A stretch of DNA of 64,000 bases from Rhodothermales bacterium. Lineage in GTDB: Bacteria > Bacteroidota > Rhodothermia > Rhodothermales > Bin80. The notes below the pieces were generated by a model. It saw only the letters and a program-made list of their open reading frames with translations, had not been told where the DNA came from and made no database searches. The DNA lies in NCBI GenBank assembly GCA_965116685.1, contig OZ220707.1, positions 851,655 to 915,654 on the forward strand, read 5' to 3'. Position 1 is the stretch's first letter. Every line of letters begins with the position of its first letter. Positions 20,026-30,252 of this stretch are shown piece after piece. Both the position numbers and the translations under genes were made by a program.

Positions 20026-20688
20026 AGTTCCTTTGATTTAGGGAAAGCTACAATAATTATTGATTGTAAACAAGTTAGCGCTTATGCGGATTGCTCCGGG
20101 CCCCCCGCACAGATCCGGACGTGCGCGTTAACGCATCCGGCTCCTCCCTCGGGTCGCACCGGCGTGCATAACGGCAGAATTGCCGTAGCCGATTGATCCC
20201 ATAAACTCACTGATCCATCTCTGTGTATGGCGTGAGCCCGGATCTCCCAGCTTCCCCTTGGGTGGGGACCTTCGCTCCAGCGACTCCGCAGGTCGCCCCT
20301 TGTTCGCCGCCTTCTTCACTACTATGTCCCCATCTGACTGCTCCATCCCGTGCATCGCAGGCTTCGGCGTCTTCCGCCTTCCCTGCGCGATCCCAACTCT
20401 GCGTTTAGGACAGGATAGAGCCCTCACAGGTCCCGACAAAATGCGTACATATGTCCCTGAGTTCTTAGACACCGTGGGCCTGTATGCCGCCTCGCCATGG
20501 CGGTGACATACATGTTGCCTTCGACCACTTGGACAGCCTCGGCGACCCAGACGATAACGATTTCGTTGCTCAATAGCTCCGGCCACACGCACCTCTACCG
20601 ACGCTTCGTCGTGACCCTCGCGGGGCACAACGCACGGCTCGAGGAAGTATGTGATTGGTTGCATCTTCATACTACGGGACTTGCACCC

Positions 20689-22572
20689 ATCGCGGTAGGG
20701 ACCCGAGTTTCCTCGGGCCCCCCGCACAGATCCGGACGTGCGCGTTAACGCATCCGGCTCCTCCCTTGGGTTACACTCGCGTGCTTGACGGAAAATCGTC
20801 TCGCCGGCCAGTCGTGTCGTATGTTCAGCTTCGGCCAATAGCGCTCAATGAGGATATCCAACTGCTCCCATGTGGTCCGATCCTTCTGGGATCGTCGACG
20901 TAGGATACACAGCCATACCCATTTCAAGCACTTAAAACATCTCCATAGGTACCGATAACTCCATGGTACGGCATAGTAATTCAGCCATCCATTAAGAACT
21001 TGGCCAAGCCATAGGCCCGTATCATGCACGCTTTCGTGCATCCGGCGCCATAGCTCCCTACGAATTCGTTTTATGAAGCGCACCATGCGCTTCGCGATTG
21101 GCTTACGGCCCAGCCCAAATGACCCCTTACGGGTTTTACGACAGTAATGTGTAAATCCCAGAAAGTCAAAGGTCTTCGGCTTGCCGTCTCCCCGTTTTCT
21201 ACGGTGCTCCATCGCGTTGCGACCAAATTCGATCAGTCGCGTTTTGTCTGGATGCAGACTCAATCCGAATTTCTCCAGTCGGGCCCGCAATGCACGTAGA
21301 AACTTCTCCGCCTCCTCCTTATACTTTCCACAAAATCGTCCGCATAACGAACGATATACGACTCTCCACCGATCTTGCGTGATTTGCGCTGGGACTCAAA
21401 CCATAAGTCCAGCACGTAATGAAGGTAGATGTTGGCCAGAATCGGAGAGATCACCGCGCCTTGCGGCGTGCCTCGCCTACTTTCCTGCCAGTTCCCATCC
21501 TCCATCACCCCCGCCTTCAGAAATTTTGTGATGAGTCGGAGCACCCGTTGATCTGCAATCCGGTGTTCCAGGAAGCGGAGTAACCACTCCTGATCCACCA
21601 TGTCAAAGAATTTCCGAATGTCCGCATCCACCACATAGTTGACCCTCCGGCGTTCGATCACATACGCGACGGCATCCAGTCCATCATGGGCACTGCGCCC
21701 CGGCCTGAATCCATAGCTGAACCCGCAGAACTCATTTTCATAAATGGGCTCTAAGATACATTTTACCATCGCGGTCTGGACGATCTTGTCCTCCAGCGCT
21801 GCGATCCCAAGCGGTCGTGTGCCTCCATCAGGCTTCGGTATATTCACCCGCCTGCTGGGGGTCGCTCGAAACGATCCACGGTGTACGCGTGTGCAGAGAT
21901 CCGCAAGGTTGCGGTCCAAGTCCACGCTATACTCCTCCCACGTCACGTTGTCCACCCCAGGGGACGCTTCTCGCTTTAATGCGAAAAACGCCGCCGTCAG
22001 TGATTCCACGCTGATGTGGTGCAAGAGCGTTGTAAACTTCGGGTTCCGTTGTACGACTTCCCGTATCCGCTCAATCCCCTGGTGCACACGCGCCCATTTC
22101 TGCGCATGGTGTGTGGTGGGATCTTGCGGATTCCCCTCGGGTAGAGGCCTTCGCTCCGACCGCTCCGCGGATGGCTCCTTGTTCGCGGTCTTCCTCACTA
22201 CTATGCCTCTATCTGACTTCTCCATCTCGTGCATCTTAGGCTTCGGCGTCTTCCGCCTTCTCTAAGCGGCCCCGTACGACTACAGGGCAAGATGGAGACC
22301 TCCCAGGTCCCGGCAAAGTGCGTACGTGCGTCCCTGAGTTCCTGGACACCGTGGGCCTGTAGATCCTCTCACCATAACGATGACCTACATGGTGCCTTCG
22401 ACCTGTAACACAGCCTCGACGACCCAGATAATGCATATTTCGTTGCTCAATAGCTCCGGCCACACGCACCGCTGCCGACACTTCATCGGGACCCTCACGG
22501 ATCACAACGCACGGCTCGCGGAAATATGTGTTTTGGTTAAACTTCATACTGCAGGACTTGCACCTGCTACAC
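20689..22572 (-). mobile_element. Group II intron copy A (likely class C-like, no En domain)
   Basis: On the minus strand the 5' end reads GUGUAGCAGGUGCAAGUCCUGC. DV is GAGCCGGAUGCGUUAACGCGCACGUCCGGAUC (20729-20760). DVI has a GAAA loop and a bulged A 8 nt from the 3' end, which reads ...CCGCGAU. Confidence 0.85.
20745..22234 (-). pseudogene. Group II intron reverse transcriptase/maturase, frameshifted after YADD (copy A)
   Basis: The 324-aa ORF holds RT blocks IPKPDGGTRPLGI, FRPGRSAHD, DADIRKFFD, GTPQGAVISPILANIYL and RYADDFV. The 181-aa ORF in another frame continues with ...LHPDKTRLIEF, FDFLGFTHY and the maturase motif LNGWLNYY. The shift is at about 21324-21334. Confidence 0.85.
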
Positions 22573-22595
22573 TTATGCCAGTTAGCCTGGCGTTC

Positions 22596-24479
22596 ATCGC
22601 GGTAGGGACCCGAGTTTCCTCGGGCCCCCCGCACAGATCCGGACGTGCGCGTTAACGCATCCGGCTCCTCCCTTGGGTTACACTCGCGTGCTTGACGGAA
22701 AATCGTCTCGCCGGCCAGTCGTGTCGTATGTTCAGCTTCGGCCAATAGCGCTCAATGAGGATATCCAACTGCTCCCATGTGGTCCGATCCTTCTGGGATC
22801 GTCGACGTAGGATACACAGCCATACCCATTTCAAGCACTTAAAACATCTCCATAGGTACCGATAACTCCATGGTACGGCATAGTAATTCAGCCATCCATT
22901 AAGAACTTGGCCAAGCCATAGGCCCGTATCATGCACGCTTTCGTGCATCCGGCGCCATAGCTCCCTACGAATTCGTTTTATGAAGCGCACCATGCGCTTC
23001 GCGATTGGCTTACGGCCCAGCCCAAATGACCCCTTACGGGTTTTACGACAGTAATGTGTAAATCCCAGAAAGTCAAAGGTCTTCGGCTTGCCGTCTCCCC
23101 GTTTTCTACGGTGCTCCATCGCGTTGCGACCAAATTCGATCAGTCGCGTTTTGTCTGGATGCAGACTCAATCCGAATTTCTCCAGTCGGGCCCGCAATGC
23201 ACGTAGAAACTTCTCCGCCTCCTCCTTATACTTTCCACAAAATCGTCCGCATAACGAACGATATACGACTCTCCACCGATCTTGCGTGATTTGCGCTGGG
23301 ACTCAAACCATAAGTCCAGCACGTAATGAAGGTAGATGTTGGCCAGAATCGGAGAGATCACCGCGCCTTGCGGCGTGCCTCGCCTACTTTCCTGCCAGTT
23401 CCCATCCTCCATCACCCCCGCCTTCAGAAATTTTGTGATGAGTCGGAGCACCCGTTGATCTGCAATCCGGTGTTCCAGGAAGCGGAGTAACCACTCCTGA
23501 TCCACCATGTCAAAGAATTTCCGAATGTCCGCATCCACCACATAGTTGACCCTCCGGCGTTCGATCACATACGCGACGGCATCCAGTCCATCATGGGCAC
23601 TGCGCCCCGGCCTGAATCCATAGCTGAACCCGCAGAACTCATTTTCATAAATGGGCTCTAAGATACATTTTACCATCGCGGTCTGGACGATCTTGTCCTC
23701 CAGCGCTGCGATCCCAAGCGGTCGTGTGCCTCCATCAGGCTTCGGTATATTCACCCGCCTGCTGGGGGTCGCTCGAAACGATCCACGGTGTACGCGTGTG
23801 CAGAGATCCGCAAGGTTGCGGTCCAAGTCCACGCTATACTCCTCCCACGTCACGTTGTCCACCCCAGGGGACGCTTCTCGCTTTAATGCGAAAAACGCCG
23901 CCGTCAGTGATTCCACGCTGATGTGGTGCAAGAGCGTTGTAAACTTCGGGTTCCGTTGTACGACTTCCCGTATCCGCTCAATCCCCTGGTGCACACGCGC
24001 CCATTTCTGCGCATGGTGTGTGGTGGGATCTTGCGGATTCCCCTCGGGTAGAGGCCTTCGCTCCGACCGCTCCGCGGATGGCTCCTTGTTCGCGGTCTTC
24101 CTCACTACTATGCCTCTATCTGACTTCTCCATCTCGTGCATCTTAGGCTTCGGCGTCTTCCGCCTTCTCTAAGCGGCCCCGTACGACTACAGGGCAAGAT
24201 GGAGACCTCCCAGGTCCCGGCAAAGTGCGTACGTGCGTCCCTGAGTTCCTGGACACCGTGGGCCTGTAGATCCTCTCACCATAACGATGACCTACATGGT
24301 GCCTTCGACCTGTAACACAGCCTCGACGACCCAGATAATGCATATTTCGTTGCTCAATAGCTCCGGCCACACGCACCGCTGCCGACACTTCATCGGGACC
24401 CTCACGGATCACAACGCACGGCTCGCGGAAATATGTGTTTTGGTTAAACTTCATACTGCAGGACTTGCACCTGCTACAC
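22596..24479 (-). mobile_element. Group II intron copy B
   Basis: Offset +1907 from copy A, with identical ORF translations. Confidence 0.85.
22652..24141 (-). pseudogene. Group II intron RT/maturase, same frameshift (copy B)
   Basis: The 324-aa and 181-aa translations are identical to copy A. Confidence 0.85.
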
Positions 24480-24502
24480 TTATGCCAGTTAGCCTGGCGT
24501 TC

Positions 24503-26386
24503 ATCGCGGTAGGGACCCGAGTTTCCTCGGGCCCCCCGCACAGATCCGGACGTGCGCGTTAACGCATCCGGCTCCTCCCTTGGGTTACACTCGCGTGCTT
24601 GACGGAAAATCGTCTCGCCGGCCAGTCGTGTCGTATGTTCAGCTTCGGCCAATAGCGCTCAATGAGGATATCCAACTGCTCCCATGTGGTCCGATCCTTC
24701 TGGGATCGTCGACGTAGGATACACAGCCATACCCATTTCAAGCACTTAAAACATCTCCATAGGTACCGATAACTCCATGGTACGGCATAGTAATTCAGCC
24801 ATCCATTAAGAACTTGGCCAAGCCATAGGCCCGTATCATGCACGCTTTCGTGCATCCGGCGCCATAGCTCCCTACGAATTCGTTTTATGAAGCGCACCAT
24901 GCGCTTCGCGATTGGCTTACGGCCCAGCCCAAATGACCCCTTACGGGTTTTACGACAGTAATGTGTAAATCCCAGAAAGTCAAAGGTCTTCGGCTTGCCG
25001 TCTCCCCGTTTTCTACGGTGCTCCATCGCGTTGCGACCAAATTCGATCAGTCGCGTTTTGTCTGGATGCAGACTCAATCCGAATTTCTCCAGTCGGGCCC
25101 GCAATGCACGTAGAAACTTCTCCGCCTCCTCCTTATACTTTCCACAAAATCGTCCGCATAACGAACGATATACGACTCTCCACCGATCTTGCGTGATTTG
25201 CGCTGGGACTCAAACCATAAGTCCAGCACGTAATGAAGGTAGATGTTGGCCAGAATCGGAGAGATCACCGCGCCTTGCGGCGTGCCTCGCCTACTTTCCT
25301 GCCAGTTCCCATCCTCCATCACCCCCGCCTTCAGAAATTTTGTGATGAGTCGGAGCACCCGTTGATCTGCAATCCGGTGTTCCAGGAAGCGGAGTAACCA
25401 CTCCTGATCCACCATGTCAAAGAATTTCCGAATGTCCGCATCCACCACATAGTTGACCCTCCGGCGTTCGATCACATACGCGACGGCATCCAGTCCATCA
25501 TGGGCACTGCGCCCCGGCCTGAATCCATAGCTGAACCCGCAGAACTCATTTTCATAAATGGGCTCTAAGATACATTTTACCATCGCGGTCTGGACGATCT
25601 TGTCCTCCAGCGCTGCGATCCCAAGCGGTCGTGTGCCTCCATCAGGCTTCGGTATATTCACCCGCCTGCTGGGGGTCGCTCGAAACGATCCACGGTGTAC
25701 GCGTGTGCAGAGATCCGCAAGGTTGCGGTCCAAGTCCACGCTATACTCCTCCCACGTCACGTTGTCCACCCCAGGGGACGCTTCTCGCTTTAATGCGAAA
25801 AACGCCGCCGTCAGTGATTCCACGCTGATGTGGTGCAAGAGCGTTGTAAACTTCGGGTTCCGTTGTACGACTTCCCGTATCCGCTCAATCCCCTGGTGCA
25901 CACGCGCCCATTTCTGCGCATGGTGTGTGGTGGGATCTTGCGGATTCCCCTCGGGTAGAGGCCTTCGCTCCGACCGCTCCGCGGATGGCTCCTTGTTCGC
26001 GGTCTTCCTCACTACTATGCCTCTATCTGACTTCTCCATCTCGTGCATCTTAGGCTTCGGCGTCTTCCGCCTTCTCTAAGCGGCCCCGTACGACTACAGG
26101 GCAAGATGGAGACCTCCCAGGTCCCGGCAAAGTGCGTACGTGCGTCCCTGAGTTCCTGGACACCGTGGGCCTGTAGATCCTCTCACCATAACGATGACCT
26201 ACATGGTGCCTTCGACCTGTAACACAGCCTCGACGACCCAGATAATGCATATTTCGTTGCTCAATAGCTCCGGCCACACGCACCGCTGCCGACACTTCAT
26301 CGGGACCCTCACGGATCACAACGCACGGCTCGCGGAAATATGTGTTTTGGTTAAACTTCATACTGCAGGACTTGCACCTGCTACAC
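24503..26386 (-). mobile_element. Group II intron copy C
   Basis: Offset +3814 from copy A, with identical ORF translations. Confidence 0.85.
24559..26048 (-). pseudogene. Group II intron RT/maturase, same frameshift (copy C)
   Basis: The 324-aa and 181-aa translations are identical to copy A. Confidence 0.85.
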
Positions 26387-26409
26387 TTATGCCAGTTAGC
26401 CTGGCGTTC

Positions 26410-28293
26410 ATCGCGGTAGGGACCCGAGTTTCCTCGGGCCCCCCGCACAGATCCGGACGTGCGCGTTAACGCATCCGGCTCCTCCCTTGGGTTACACTCG
26501 CGTGCTTGACGGAAAATCGTCTCGCCGGCCAGTCGTGTCGTATGTTCAGCTTCGGCCAATAGCGCTCAATGAGGATATCCAACTGCTCCCATGTGGTCCG
26601 ATCCTTCTGGGATCGTCGACGTAGGATACACAGCCATACCCATTTCAAGCACTTAAAACATCTCCATAGGTACCGATAACTCCATGGTACGGCATAGTAA
26701 TTCAGCCATCCATTAAGAACTTGGCCAAGCCATAGGCCCGTATCATGCACGCTTTCGTGCATCCGGCGCCATAGCTCCCTACGAATTCGTTTTATGAAGC
26801 GCACCATGCGCTTCGCGATTGGCTTACGGCCCAGCCCAAATGACCCCTTACGGGTTTTACGACAGTAATGTGTAAATCCCAGAAAGTCAAAGGTCTTCGG
26901 CTTGCCGTCTCCCCGTTTTCTACGGTGCTCCATCGCGTTGCGACCAAATTCGATCAGTCGCGTTTTGTCTGGATGCAGACTCAATCCGAATTTCTCCAGT
27001 CGGGCCCGCAATGCACGTAGAAACTTCTCCGCCTCCTCCTTATACTTTCCACAAAATCGTCCGCATAACGAACGATATACGACTCTCCACCGATCTTGCG
27101 TGATTTGCGCTGGGACTCAAACCATAAGTCCAGCACGTAATGAAGGTAGATGTTGGCCAGAATCGGAGAGATCACCGCGCCTTGCGGCGTGCCTCGCCTA
27201 CTTTCCTGCCAGTTCCCATCCTCCATCACCCCCGCCTTCAGAAATTTTGTGATGAGTCGGAGCACCCGTTGATCTGCAATCCGGTGTTCCAGGAAGCGGA
27301 GTAACCACTCCTGATCCACCATGTCAAAGAATTTCCGAATGTCCGCATCCACCACATAGTTGACCCTCCGGCGTTCGATCACATACGCGACGGCATCCAG
27401 TCCATCATGGGCACTGCGCCCCGGCCTGAATCCATAGCTGAACCCGCAGAACTCATTTTCATAAATGGGCTCTAAGATACATTTTACCATCGCGGTCTGG
27501 ACGATCTTGTCCTCCAGCGCTGCGATCCCAAGCGGTCGTGTGCCTCCATCAGGCTTCGGTATATTCACCCGCCTGCTGGGGGTCGCTCGAAACGATCCAC
27601 GGTGTACGCGTGTGCAGAGATCCGCAAGGTTGCGGTCCAAGTCCACGCTATACTCCTCCCACGTCACGTTGTCCACCCCAGGGGACGCTTCTCGCTTTAA
27701 TGCGAAAAACGCCGCCGTCAGTGATTCCACGCTGATGTGGTGCAAGAGCGTTGTAAACTTCGGGTTCCGTTGTACGACTTCCCGTATCCGCTCAATCCCC
27801 TGGTGCACACGCGCCCATTTCTGCGCATGGTGTGTGGTGGGATCTTGCGGATTCCCCTCGGGTAGAGGCCTTCGCTCCGACCGCTCCGCGGATGGCTCCT
27901 TGTTCGCGGTCTTCCTCACTACTATGCCTCTATCTGACTTCTCCATCTCGTGCATCTTAGGCTTCGGCGTCTTCCGCCTTCTCTAAGCGGCCCCGTACGA
28001 CTACAGGGCAAGATGGAGACCTCCCAGGTCCCGGCAAAGTGCGTACGTGCGTCCCTGAGTTCCTGGACACCGTGGGCCTGTAGATCCTCTCACCATAACG
28101 ATGACCTACATGGTGCCTTCGACCTGTAACACAGCCTCGACGACCCAGATAATGCATATTTCGTTGCTCAATAGCTCCGGCCACACGCACCGCTGCCGAC
28201 ACTTCATCGGGACCCTCACGGATCACAACGCACGGCTCGCGGAAATATGTGTTTTGGTTAAACTTCATACTGCAGGACTTGCACCTGCTACAC
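26410..28293 (-). mobile_element. Group II intron copy D
   Basis: Offset +5721 from copy A, with identical ORF translations. Confidence 0.85.
26466..27955 (-). pseudogene. Group II intron RT/maturase, same frameshift (copy D)
   Basis: The 324-aa and 181-aa translations are identical to copy A. Confidence 0.85.
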
Positions 28294-28316
28294 TTATGCC
28301 AGTTAGCCTGGCGTTC

Positions 28317-30200
28317 ATCGCGGTAGGGACCCGAGTTTCCTCGGGCCCCCCGCACAGATCCGGACGTGCGCGTTAACGCATCCGGCTCCTCCCTTGGGTT
28401 ACACTCGCGTGCTTGACGGAAAATCGTCTCGCCGGCCAGTCGTGTCGTATGTTCAGCTTCGGCCAATAGCGCTCAATGAGGATATCCAACTGCTCCCATG
28501 TGGTCCGATCCTTCTGGGATCGTCGACGTAGGATACACAGCCATACCCATTTCAAGCACTTAAAACATCTCCATAGGTACCGATAACTCCATGGTACGGC
28601 ATAGTAATTCAGCCATCCATTAAGAACTTGGCCAAGCCATAGGCCCGTATCATGCACGCTTTCGTGCATCCGGCGCCATAGCTCCCTACGAATTCGTTTT
28701 ATGAAGCGCACCATGCGCTTCGCGATTGGCTTACGGCCCAGCCCAAATGACCCCTTACGGGTTTTACGACAGTAATGTGTAAATCCCAGAAAGTCAAAGG
28801 TCTTCGGCTTGCCGTCTCCCCGTTTTCTACGGTGCTCCATCGCGTTGCGACCAAATTCGATCAGTCGCGTTTTGTCTGGATGCAGACTCAATCCGAATTT
28901 CTCCAGTCGGGCCCGCAATGCACGTAGAAACTTCTCCGCCTCCTCCTTATACTTTCCACAAAATCGTCCGCATAACGAACGATATACGACTCTCCACCGA
29001 TCTTGCGTGATTTGCGCTGGGACTCAAACCATAAGTCCAGCACGTAATGAAGGTAGATGTTGGCCAGAATCGGAGAGATCACCGCGCCTTGCGGCGTGCC
29101 TCGCCTACTTTCCTGCCAGTTCCCATCCTCCATCACCCCCGCCTTCAGAAATTTTGTGATGAGTCGGAGCACCCGTTGATCTGCAATCCGGTGTTCCAGG
29201 AAGCGGAGTAACCACTCCTGATCCACCATGTCAAAGAATTTCCGAATGTCCGCATCCACCACATAGTTGACCCTCCGGCGTTCGATCACATACGCGACGG
29301 CATCCAGTCCATCATGGGCACTGCGCCCCGGCCTGAATCCATAGCTGAACCCGCAGAACTCATTTTCATAAATGGGCTCTAAGATACATTTTACCATCGC
29401 GGTCTGGACGATCTTGTCCTCCAGCGCTGCGATCCCAAGCGGTCGTGTGCCTCCATCAGGCTTCGGTATATTCACCCGCCTGCTGGGGGTCGCTCGAAAC
29501 GATCCACGGTGTACGCGTGTGCAGAGATCCGCAAGGTTGCGGTCCAAGTCCACGCTATACTCCTCCCACGTCACGTTGTCCACCCCAGGGGACGCTTCTC
29601 GCTTTAATGCGAAAAACGCCGCCGTCAGTGATTCCACGCTGATGTGGTGCAAGAGCGTTGTAAACTTCGGGTTCCGTTGTACGACTTCCCGTATCCGCTC
29701 AATCCCCTGGTGCACACGCGCCCATTTCTGCGCATGGTGTGTGGTGGGATCTTGCGGATTCCCCTCGGGTAGAGGCCTTCGCTCCGACCGCTCCGCGGAT
29801 GGCTCCTTGTTCGCGGTCTTCCTCACTACTATGCCTCTATCTGACTTCTCCATCTCGTGCATCTTAGGCTTCGGCGTCTTCCGCCTTCTCTAGGCGGCCC
29901 CGTACGACTACAGGGCAAGATGGAGACCTCCCAGGTCCCGGCAAAGTGCGTACGTGCGTCCCTGAGTTCCTGGACACCGTGGGCCTGTAGATCCTCTCAC
30001 CATAACGATGACCTACATGGTGCCTTCGACCTGTAACACAGCCTCGACGACCCAGATAATGCATATTTCGTTGCTCAATAGCTCCGGCCACACGCACCGC
30101 TGCCGACACTTCATCGGGACCCTCACGGATCACAACGCACGGCTCGCGGAAATATGTGTTTTGGTTAAACTTCATACTGCAGGACTTGCACCTGCTACAC
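28317..30200 (-). mobile_element. Group II intron copy E (5'-most copy in intron orientation)
   Basis: Offset +7628 from copy A. Carries a single observed substitution at 29893. Confidence 0.85.
28373..29862 (-). pseudogene. Group II intron RT/maturase, same frameshift (copy E)
   Basis: The 324-aa and 181-aa translations are identical to copy A. Confidence 0.85.
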
Positions 30201-30223
30201 TTATGCCAGTTAGCCTGGCGTTC

Positions 30224-30252
30224 GTTACATTTTGCCAGTTAGCCTGGCGCTC
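30224..30252 (-). repeat. Orphan, slightly diverged copy of the intron leader hairpin (no intron attached)
   Basis: The minus strand reads GAGCGCCAGGCUAACUGGCAAAAUGUAAC. The leader in each unit reads GAACGCCAGGCUAACUGGCAUAA followed by GUGUAGC. The two share an identical 17-nt core. Confidence 0.7.

Larger units (their letters stand above)
18620..20087 (-). mobile_element. IS4-family insertion sequence (intact), inserted in the DVI loop of the variant intron
   Basis: Terminal IRs CA(C/T)AAGCGCTAACTTGTTT at both ends. A 10-bp direct repeat GGATTGCTCC lies at 18610-18619 and 20088-20097. Confidence 0.85.
18594..20688 (-). mobile_element. ORF-less variant group II intron (about 617 nt of intron sequence), interrupted by an IS4-family IS
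   Basis: It shares D1-D3, the first ~45 codons of the RT ORF (MHGMEQSDGDIVVKK...), DV (20112-20143) and DVI with the array introns, but the rest of the ORF is deleted. The 3' end ...CCCUACCGCGAU lies at 18594. Confidence 0.75.
20689..30223 (-). repeat. Head-to-tail tandem array: 5 x 1907 bp (23-nt hairpin leader plus 1884-nt group II intron)
   Basis: ORF coordinates recur at exactly +1907, and all translated ORFs are identical between units. The junction gcgttc|atcgcgg was read at 22595/22596, and the other junctions follow by the 1907-bp period. One substitution was seen: 29893 G versus A at 27986. Confidence 0.9.

Noticed and set aside
20721-20728. UGUGCG immediately downstream of DV (minus strand) as a candidate intron 5' end (GUGCG consensus).
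   Set aside because: It lies between DV and a well-formed DVI with a branch-point A. The array's outer boundaries and the variant copy place the 5' end at GUGUAGCAGG instead.
21744-22265. Plus-strand ORFs repeated in every array unit (173 aa, 116 aa, 91 aa, 65 aa), and the minus-strand 169-aa ORF spanning unit junctions (for example 22236..22745).
   Set aside because: They lie antisense to the RT gene or across the ribozyme domains D1-D3, DV and DVI. They are low-complexity (Arg/Ser/Pro-rich) and have no recognisable motifs. Their repetition merely reflects the 1907-bp repeat.
20689-30223. The regular long-period repeat as a possible CRISPR array or satellite.
   Set aside because: The period is 1907 bp and each unit is a complete group II intron. 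There are no short repeat-spacer units and no cas genes.
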